From an uncultured Bifidobacteriaceae bacterium (GTDB lineage Bacteria > Actinomycetota > Actinomycetes > S36-B12), in the NCBI GenBank assembly GCA_964597445.1, contig CAZQXO010000007.1, forward strand, positions 1,661 to 65,660: a stretch of DNA of 64,000 bases. The letters are read 5' to 3'. Below the pieces are notes generated by a model. It saw only the letters and a program-made list of their open reading frames with translations. It searched no databases and was not told the origin of the DNA. This document shows, piece after piece, positions 57,762 to 64,000 of this stretch. Made by a program: the position numbers and the translations under genes. Each line of letters starts with the position of its first letter. Position 1 is the stretch's first letter.

Positions 57762-59375
57762 CGCGGCTGCGAGCCCGGCCAGGCGCCCGAACACCAGGAT
57801 CGGTCCGAGCGTGCCGCCGGCGCCGCCATAGGCCATGGCGGTCGGTGCTGCCGCGACGTTGCCCGCGGCGTACAGGCCGGGGATGACGTCACCGTGCGTG
57901 TCCAGCACGTGGCCGTCGGGATCCGTGCGCGGGCCGCCGCTCGTGCCCAGCGTGCCGGACTCGACGCGGACGGCGTAGAACGGCCCACGGTCGATACGGC
58001 CCATGGTCGACGCCTTCAGGAAGCGGTGGTCGCCGTCGCCGCTCCAGCGGTCGTAGGCGCTGTCGCCACGTCGGAAGTCCTCGTCCTGCTCCCGATCGAC
58101 GAAGCCGTTCCAGCGGTCGATCGTGGCCTCCAGGCCATCGGGGTCGATCCCGACCTCGACGGCGAGGTCTCGGATCGTGGCAGCCGTGGCGACCCAGTCA
58201 GGCACGCCGGAGCCGGCTGGGGCCCCGAACGTCCCGTACCTCTCTGCATGCGAGGCATCGAAGATCAGCCAGGCCGGCAGGTTGGCGTAGGTGAACGTCA
58301 CCGGGTCGAGCTGGTGGAAGGCACCGCCGAGGGCGTTGTAGTTCGTGGCCTCGTTCGTGAACCGCCGCCCCGCCGAGTTGACCATGATCGAGCCCGGAAG
58401 GGTGCGCTCGCGGTTGACGAGATTCGACCGCTGCTCGCCGAAGGCGACATCCCCGGGGATCTTGACGGCCGGGACCCACCAAGCCTGACCCATGTTGCCG
58501 AGCTGGGCACCGATGCGCATCGCCATACGCAGGCCATCTCCGGTGTTGGTGGGCACCGATGTCGGAGCCGTCATGGGGCCGCGCAGGAAGGCGGACACGA
58601 GTTTCGGGTCCCACTCGAAGCCACCGGTCGCGAGGATGACGCCGCGCCGTGCCCGCACGATCGTCTCGGTGCCGTCGATCTCGATCCGGGCTCCCGTGAC
58701 GCGGCCATTCTCCACGAGAAGGTCGGTCGCTCGTGCGTTCACGACGGGGTCGATGCCGAGGTCGAGAAGGGCTTTGATGAGGGGCCCGACGAGGGCGTTG
58801 CCGCACCCGCGCAGGTCGTTGTCGATGCGCCGCTGCATCTCCTCGTCCGACAGGTAGCCGGTGCCTCCACCGAGCGTGGTGTCGGTGATCTTCAGGTGCG
58901 CGCTGCGCTTGCTGCGGGCGACCCTGTTCTGCCATGCCCCGAGGGTCGTGAAGTCGAACAGCCCGGGGTCGAGAGACCGGCCTCCGTCGGGCTTCCCGCC
59001 GGGGTTCTCCGGGTGGTAGTCGGGGTACTGGGGCAGAAGGGTGAACGCGGCGTCGGTGGTGTCCTCGAGCCACTGGATGGTCTCGCGACCGTGATCGACG
59101 AAGGCGGCGGCCATCGTCGGGTCCATGCGGTCCAGGGACAGGGATGCGAGATAGGCGAGCGCCTCCTCCCGGGAGTCCGAGACCCCGGCCGCGTCCTGAT
59201 GGTGGTTGAGGGGGACCCACGGGACCCCGCCGGAGATGGCGCTGGAGCCACCGAGGACGTCCGACCTCTCGTAGAGGCCGACATCGGCACCGGACTGAGC
59301 GGCCGCGAGGGCGGCGGTGAGGCCTGCGGCGCCACTGCCGAGCACGACGACGTCATGACTCAAACTGGACTCCAT
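57750..59375 (-). CDS. FAD-dependent oxidoreductase, 3-ketosteroid-delta1-dehydrogenase-like
   Basis: 541 aa. HDVVVLGSGAAGLTAALAAAQSGADVGLYERSDVLGGSSAISGG, ATGGFEWD, GLYAAGNVAA. Convergent 12-nt overlap with the SnoaL gene. Confidence 0.85.
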   Translation of the reverse strand: MESSLSHDVVVLGSGAAGLTAALAAAQSGADVGLYERSDVLGGSSAISGGVPWVPLNHHQDAAGVSDSREEALAYLASLSLDRMDPTMAAAFVDHGRETIQWLEDTTDAAFTLLPQYPDYHPENPGGKPDGGRSLDPGLFDFTTLGAWQNRVARSKRSAHLKITDTTLGGGTGYLSDEEMQRRIDNDLRGCGNALVGPLIKALLDLGIDPVVNARATDLLVENGRVTGARIEIDGTETIVRARRGVILATGGFEWDPKLVSAFLRGPMTAPTSVPTNTGDGLRMAMRIGAQLGNMGQAWWVPAVKIPGDVAFGEQRSNLVNRERTLPGSIMVNSAGRRFTNEATNYNALGGAFHQLDPVTFTYANLPAWLIFDASHAERYGTFGAPAGSGVPDWVATAATIRDLAVEVGIDPDGLEATIDRWNGFVDREQDEDFRRGDSAYDRWSGDGDHRFLKASTMGRIDRGPFYAVRVESGTLGTSGGPRTDPDGHVLDTHGDVIPGLYAAGNVAAAPTAMAYGGAGGTLGPILVFGRLAGLAAASGA

Positions 59376-59431
59376 GTAAAGAATCTATCGCTATAGTGCC
59401 GTCATCTGGAAGAGAGGATCGAGGGGGCGTC

Positions 59432-60199
59432 GTGACGGTAGCGGGACTGCTGGTCGTCCGGGACGGTGACGCTCTCCGGCTCACCTTCGACAAGCCGGAT
59501 CGGCTCAACGCGCTGACCGCCGAGATCATCCATGCCGCGGCGGACGCCGTGGACGCGGCCGCGGGTGACGGCACGAGAGTCATCGTCCTCACCGGCAGCG
59601 GGCGTGCGTTCAGCTCAGGTGCCGACGTGGGACCGGACGGGGCCGCACCGGGATTCGACACCCTCGATGCCGCCAATCGGTTCACCCTGGCCCTCACGAC
59701 CTCCCCCCTCCCCGTCGTGGCCGCGGTCAACGGGATCGCTGCCGGGGTGGGCTGCTCCTTCGCCCTCGCGGCGGATCTCACCGTCGCCCGGGAGTCCGCC
59801 GCCTTCATGCTGGCCTTCACCAAGATCGGCCTGATGCCGGACGGCGGTGCCTCGCTGCTCGTCCCGGCCGCCGTGGGCCGTGCCCGCGCTGCTCGGATGG
59901 CCCTGCTGGCCGAGAAGGTCAGTGCCACCCAGGCAGCGGACTGGGGCCTGATCGCCGAGGTCGTCACGGACGACGCCTTCGAGGCCCGGATCGACCAGCT
60001 GGTCGCACAGTTGGCCGCGGGCGCGCCGCTGGCCTACGCGGCGACCAAGCGGGTCCTGCGGGCGGCGACCCTCGCCGACCTGCCCGCGATCCTCGACGCC
60101 GAGCGAGCCGGACAGGGGCCGCTGCTGGAGTCGGCCGACTTCGCCGAGGGCATCGCGGCCTTCCAGGAGAAGCGCCCGGCCCGATTCACGGGGGCCTGA
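59432..60199 (+). CDS. Enoyl-CoA hydratase/isomerase (crotonase) family protein
   Basis: ORF 59396..60199, with GTG 59432. LTGSGRAFSSGADV, AAVNGIAAGVGCSFALAADL, GLMPDGGAS, EGIAAFQEKRPARF. Confidence 0.85.
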   Translation: MTVAGLLVVRDGDALRLTFDKPDRLNALTAEIIHAAADAVDAAAGDGTRVIVLTGSGRAFSSGADVGPDGAAPGFDTLDAANRFTLALTTSPLPVVAAVNGIAAGVGCSFALAADLTVARESAAFMLAFTKIGLMPDGGASLLVPAAVGRARAARMALLAEKVSATQAADWGLIAEVVTDDAFEARIDQLVAQLAAGAPLAYAATKRVLRAATLADLPAILDAERAGQGPLLESADFAEGIAAFQEKRPARFTGA

Positions 60200-60299
60200 T
60201 CACGGTTCGGCCAAACCCGGGCGCATTCGAGGAAGTCCTACTACCCTCGGCAGAACCGCTCGGCAGCGAGTCCGGGCACCCCACACGAAGGAGCACCAG

Positions 60300-61082
60300 A
60301 TGGGCCAGTTGGACGGCAGGGTTGCAGTCATCACGGCGAGCACCCGCAGCATCGGCCGCGGCATCGCCGAGGCCTTCCATGCCGAGGGCGCCAGTGTCGT
60401 CCTCAGCGGACGCAATGCCGAGAAGGGCCAGAAGGCTCTCGAGGAGATGGGCGGCGGCGACCGCCTCCACTTCATCGCAGCCGACGCGTCCAACCAGGCC
60501 TCCGTCGAGGCTCTCGTCGACGGCACCGTCGAGAAGTTCGGCCGGGTCGACATCATCGTGCCCAACGCGGGTGGCGTGGCCAACACGGCGCCCGTCGCCA
60601 TGATGAGCGACGAGGAGTGGCAGTACGAGCTCAACTTCAACCTCAATCAGACCTTCTGGATGTCCCGTCGCGCACTCAAGTACATGCTGCCCCAGCAGTT
60701 CGGCCGCATCATCGGCATGTCCTCGATGTACGGCAAGATCTCCACGATGGCCGTGCCCGGCTACATCGCCAACAAGCACGCCATCATCGGCCTCATGAAG
60801 GCGCTGGCCAAGGAGGTCGGCACCTCGGGCATCACGGCCAACGCGGTCTGCCCCGGCTTCGTGCCCACCGACATGTTCTACGAGACCGGGCCGGCCACCG
60901 TCGAGGCCATGGGCCTCCCGGACCTCGATGCCCTGGCCGCTGTCATGTACTCCGTGACGTGCATCCAGCGCCCGAACACCGTCGAGGAGGTCGCGGCCGC
61001 CTGCGTGCTGCTCGCCTCGGATCTCGGTGGCGGCATCACCGGCACGACCATCAACATCGACGGTGGTGCCTCGCCCTACTAG
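60300..61082 (+). CDS. SDR family oxidoreductase
   Basis: 260 aa. VITASTRSIGRGIA, NAGG, YIANKHAIIG, NAVCPGFV. Confidence 0.9.
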   Translation: MGQLDGRVAVITASTRSIGRGIAEAFHAEGASVVLSGRNAEKGQKALEEMGGGDRLHFIAADASNQASVEALVDGTVEKFGRVDIIVPNAGGVANTAPVAMMSDEEWQYELNFNLNQTFWMSRRALKYMLPQQFGRIIGMSSMYGKISTMAVPGYIANKHAIIGLMKALAKEVGTSGITANAVCPGFVPTDMFYETGPATVEAMGLPDLDALAAVMYSVTCIQRPNTVEEVAAACVLLASDLGGGITGTTINIDGGASPY

Positions 61083-61127
61083 GTCGCCCCGGACGACCTG
61101 CGTCACCCCAGCACACACCGGAAAGGC

Positions 61128-61922
61128 ATGGCGTTGTCCCATCTCGGAAACCTGGACCAGTGGTTCGACGGTCGCTCAGCGATCGTCACCGGCGGTGCAG
61201 GGGGGATGGGACGCGCCATCGCCCTCGCCTTCTCCGCCGCCGGCTCCCGCGTCGTCGTCAGTGACGTCGCGGAAGCCGGCGGTCAGGAGACGGTCGACAT
61301 CATCCGTGCTGCGGGCGGTGAGGCGACCTTCATCCGGACCGATGTCGCCAGCAATGATGACGTCAAGGCCATGGTCGACCTGGCTGTCTCGACCTACGAC
61401 GGCCTCGACTTCGCGGTCAACGCGGCTGCGATCGAGTTCGAGGTCGACTACCTCGCGGACCTCGCGGAGAGCGACTGGGACCGCATGATCGACGTCAACC
61501 TCAAGTCGATCTTCCTGTGCATGAAGCATGAGATCAACGCGATGCTCGCAACCGACCGCGAGGGCTCGGCCATCGTCAACATCGCCTCCACCAACTCCTA
61601 CCGCCCGCAGCCGCACCAATCCGCCTACACGGCGAGCAAGTTCGGCGTGCTGGGCGTCACCAAGTCCGCAGCGGTCGACTACGCCCCCCGAGGCATCCGC
61701 ATCAATGCCATTTGCCCGGGCTCCATCGACACCCCGATGCTGCGCGGAGCCATGGAGAAGCGTGGGCGTGACCCCCAGGAGGTCGCCAACCGCCTCTCCC
61801 TGATCGGGCGATTCGGCACGGTCGACGAGATCGCCGCCGCGGCCCTGTGGCTCTGCTCCGGCGCTGCCGGCTTCACCATGGGCCATGCCCTGGCGGTCGA
61901 TGGCGGCTACCTGTCGCGATGA
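61128..61922 (+). CDS. SDR family oxidoreductase
   Basis: 264 aa. VTGGAGGMGRAIA, NAA, YTASKFGVLG, NAICPGSIDTP. Confidence 0.9.
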   Translation: MALSHLGNLDQWFDGRSAIVTGGAGGMGRAIALAFSAAGSRVVVSDVAEAGGQETVDIIRAAGGEATFIRTDVASNDDVKAMVDLAVSTYDGLDFAVNAAAIEFEVDYLADLAESDWDRMIDVNLKSIFLCMKHEINAMLATDREGSAIVNIASTNSYRPQPHQSAYTASKFGVLGVTKSAAVDYAPRGIRINAICPGSIDTPMLRGAMEKRGRDPQEVANRLSLIGRFGTVDEIAAAALWLCSGAAGFTMGHALAVDGGYLSR

Positions 61923-62953
61923 GCGACATCCTGTTCGACGTCGAGAACGGGGTCGGCTACATCACCCTCAATCGCCCTCAGGCGCGCAACTCCCTGACCA
62001 CTCCCATGGTCACGGCCATCTCCGCCCACCTTGACGAGTGGGAGTCCGATCCGACGGTGCGACTGGCGCTCATCAGGGGTGCGGGGGCCCATGGACTCTG
62101 CGCCGGCGGGGACGTCAAGGGCATGTACGCGGGTGCCGTGGCCGGGGATGACTCGACGGTCGACTTCTTCCGGGCCGAGTACCGCATGAATGCGCGCATC
62201 CACCAGTTCTTCAAGCCCTACGTGGCCCTGATGGACGGCATCGTCATGGGCGGCGGCATCGGTGTGAGCGCGCACGGCAGCGTGCGGATCGTCACCGAGC
62301 GCTCGGTGCTGGCCATGCCTGAGGTCACCATCGGCATCTGCCCGGATGTCGGGGCCACGTGGCTCCTGGCCAATGCGCCCGGCTTCCTCGGGACCTACCT
62401 GGCCATGACCGGCACGACGTTCGGGGGAGCCGATGCGATCTACCTGGGCCTCGCCGATCTCATGATGCCCGCGGCCGACCTGGCCGCCTTCGAGCAGCGC
62501 ATCCAGCATGAGCCGCTCGACTCCCTGCTCCGGGAGCTGACGGTCCCCGCCCCGCGGGCGCCCCTGGAGGACGCCCAGGGCTGGATCGACGAATGCTTCC
62601 GGTTCGACACCGTGGACGAGATCCTGACGGCCCTCGACGCCAGCGCGGAGCCCTCCGCTCGTGAGACGGCGGCCCTCATCCGCACCAAGTCCCCTCTGGC
62701 CGTGAGCATCGCCCTGGCGGCCGTCTCGCGTGCCCGTGGCCTGGAGAGCGTCGAGCACGCCCTGGAGATGGAGTTCGGTATCTCGTCCTACCTGATGTAC
62801 GGGCACGACGGAATCGAGGGAGTGCGGGCGCTCATCATCGACAAGGACCGGAACCCGCAGTGGTCCCCGGCGACCTTCGCCGAGGTGACTCCGGAGCAGG
62901 TCGAGGCGGCTTTCGCCGAGGGCCCGCACGGGACCCTCGGGATCCTCGACTGA
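61919..62953 (+). CDS. Enoyl-CoA hydratase/isomerase family protein, 3-hydroxyisobutyryl-CoA hydrolase-like (ECH_2)
   Basis: Internal ATG 61919 of ORF 61847..62953 (ATGA overlap). ITLNRPQARNSL, GAGAHGLCAGGDV, FFRAEYRMN, ALMDGIVMGGGIGVS, MPEVTIGICPDVG. Confidence 0.85.
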   Translation: MSDILFDVENGVGYITLNRPQARNSLTTPMVTAISAHLDEWESDPTVRLALIRGAGAHGLCAGGDVKGMYAGAVAGDDSTVDFFRAEYRMNARIHQFFKPYVALMDGIVMGGGIGVSAHGSVRIVTERSVLAMPEVTIGICPDVGATWLLANAPGFLGTYLAMTGTTFGGADAIYLGLADLMMPAADLAAFEQRIQHEPLDSLLRELTVPAPRAPLEDAQGWIDECFRFDTVDEILTALDASAEPSARETAALIRTKSPLAVSIALAAVSRARGLESVEHALEMEFGISSYLMYGHDGIEGVRALIIDKDRNPQWSPATFAEVTPEQVEAAFAEGPHGTLGILD

Positions 62954-63799
62954 TCAGCTGTAGTCGTAGAAGCCCCGGCCGGACTTGCGTCCGAACATGC
63001 CCGCCTCCACGTGGCGCTTCAGAAGGGCCGGAGGGGCGAAGCGGTGCTCGAGGTGCTCGGCATAGAGGCTCTCGGAGACCAGAAGCATGGTGTCGAGCCC
63101 GATCATGTCGCAGAGCGCGAGAGGCCCCATGGGCATGCCGCACCCGCTGACCATGCCCTCATCGATGTCCTCCCGGGAGGCGACTCCGTTCTCGAGCGAG
63201 CGGATCGCGTCGAGGAGATAGGGCACCAGCAGGGCGTTGACGACGAAGCCGGAGCGATCCTTGGCCCGGATGACCTTCTTGCCGAGGACGGAGGAGCAGA
63301 ACTCGTGCGTGCGGTCAGCGACGGCGGGATCGGTCTGGAGGGCCGAGACGACCTCGACCAGCGGCATGACCGGCACCGGGTTGAAGTAGTGGGTCCCGAG
63401 GACGCGTCCGGGGTGGGCGCTCGCAGCCGCCAGCTGGGCGATCGGGATGGAGGAGGTGTTGCTCGCGATGATGGTGTCCGGCGAGAGGATGCCGTCCAAT
63501 TGCCCGATGAGCGCGACCTTGTCCTCCAGGGACTCGCGGATCACCTCGGTCACGAACTCCCGGTCGGCCAGATCGGCGAGGTCGGACGACCAGCGGATGC
63601 GGGCGAGGATGTCGGCGGCGGGCTCGGCGAGCTTGCCCTTCTCCTCCGCCTTGGCCAGCGAGGCCGCCATGCGTGCCTTCGCCTTGTCCAGTGCCTCCGG
63701 GAAGGCGTCGACGACGATGACGTCGCAGCCTCCCTTGGCCCCGATCTCTGCGATTCCTGCGCCCATGACGCCGCAGCCGACAACACCCATCCGGTTCAT
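62954..63799 (-). CDS. 3-hydroxyacyl-CoA (3-hydroxybutyryl-CoA) dehydrogenase
   Basis: Internal ATG 63799 of ORF 62954..63985. MGVVGCGVMGAGIAE, IASNTSSIPI, GTHYFNPVPVMPLVE, DRSGFVVNALLVPYL, GPLALCDMIGLD. Confidence 0.9.
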   Translation of the reverse strand: MNRMGVVGCGVMGAGIAEIGAKGGCDVIVVDAFPEALDKAKARMAASLAKAEEKGKLAEPAADILARIRWSSDLADLADREFVTEVIRESLEDKVALIGQLDGILSPDTIIASNTSSIPIAQLAAASAHPGRVLGTHYFNPVPVMPLVEVVSALQTDPAVADRTHEFCSSVLGKKVIRAKDRSGFVVNALLVPYLLDAIRSLENGVASREDIDEGMVSGCGMPMGPLALCDMIGLDTMLLVSESLYAEHLEHRFAPPALLKRHVEAGMFGRKSGRGFYDYS

Positions 63800-63825
63800 T
63801 GTGTGATCTCTTCCATGTGATGAAC

Positions 63826-63848
63826 GGTGCGCCGATGTCGTGCGCACC
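63826..63848 (-). terminator. Hairpin GGTGCGC-N9-GCGCACC between the MarR-like gene and the dehydrogenase gene
   Basis: Perfect 7-bp arms read directly. There is no U-tract, so read-through is possible. Confidence 0.35.
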
Positions 63849-63860
63849 GCACTGCGGGGA

Positions 63861-64000
63861 CTAGAAGTCGCCGGCATTCGCGCGGAGGGCACGGAGCACT
63901 CCACGCAACTGGCTGATCTGGTGCTCGGTGATCCCGAGCTGCTCGAAGACCTGCCCGTTGAGGGCGGTGGTGGCCGCGAGGGCACGCGCGCGACCGGCGT
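63861..64000 (-). CDS. C-terminal fragment of a probable MarR-family regulator (5' part beyond the window)
   Basis: My translation of the minus strand ends ...ARALAATTALNGQVFEQLGITEHQISQLRGVLRALRANAGDF followed by a stop (cta at 63861-63863). This has the shape of a MarR C-terminal dimerisation helix, but only 46 codons are visible. Confidence 0.35.
   Translation of the reverse strand, partial: AGRARALAATTALNGQVFEQLGITEHQISQLRGVLRALRANAGDF

Noticed and set aside
55094-59375. Calling the SDR / KstD-like / NTF2 genes a steroid (cholesterol) degradation cluster.
   Set aside because: The defining partners are all absent from the window: KshA/KshB, HsaA-D, FadD3/FadE-type side-chain and ring C/D genes, the KstR regulator and mce4 uptake genes. 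KstD-like annotation alone is weak evidence, so I report it as an open question.
59376-59431. A possible palindromic operator (CTATCGCTATAG) in the AT-rich divergent region between the KstD-like gene and the crotonase gene.
   Set aside because: On checking, the 12-mer is not its own reverse complement; only the CTAT direct repeat and the CTATAG core are symmetric. The region is probably just a divergent promoter, and I cannot support a specific site.

Overview
High-GC actinobacterial chromosome segment, from a mycothiol producer (mshB is present). It is densely coding: I support about 72 CDS. I found no rRNA, tRNA, CRISPR array, IS element or prophage gene. The ORF track accepts ATG, GTG and TTG starts and reports the longest ORF, so many true starts lie inside the listed ORFs. 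Many long Arg/Pro/Ser-rich ORFs are antisense artefacts of the GC content. From 1 to about 48.8 kb the window carries housekeeping genes: modA, an NfeD/SPFH pair, a DrrAB-like ABC exporter, uppS, phoH2, class I fumarase, amylosucrase, glpX, xseAB, ispH, ychF, typA, mshB, fdxA, dapC, gltA, dapD, dapE, a LOG protein, DUF3117, an O-methyltransferase, htrA, tatB, mrp and a DUF1003/MgtE-N pair. As I recall it, this order follows the Mycobacterium tuberculosis Rv1086-Rv1232c backbone in condensed form. Two departures from that backbone stand out. sigE-rseA is missing between the O-methyltransferase and htrA. An amylosucrase plus a class I fumarase sit where a class II fumarase normally follows glpX. 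After about 48.8 kb the backbone order ends. From 51.1 kb to the window edge lies the most interesting region: a tightly packed multi-operon island that matches no pathway I can name. It encodes three VOC-fold proteins, a rifampicin-phosphotransferase-like swivel-domain protein with no ATP-grasp domain, DUF3237, three SDRs, two KstD/FrdA-like flavoproteins, a SnoaL/NTF2 protein, two crotonases, a 3-hydroxyacyl-CoA dehydrogenase and a MarR-like gene. Non-coding signals read directly from the sequence include a perfect CRP-type palindrome upstream of a secreted transglycosylase-like gene, a 32-bp tandem duplication spanning the glpX stop codon, a motif shared by two operon leaders in the island, an array of CAACTA half-sites, and long perfect GC-rich palindromic terminators. 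All functional calls rest on motif and family recognition by eye. No database search was run.
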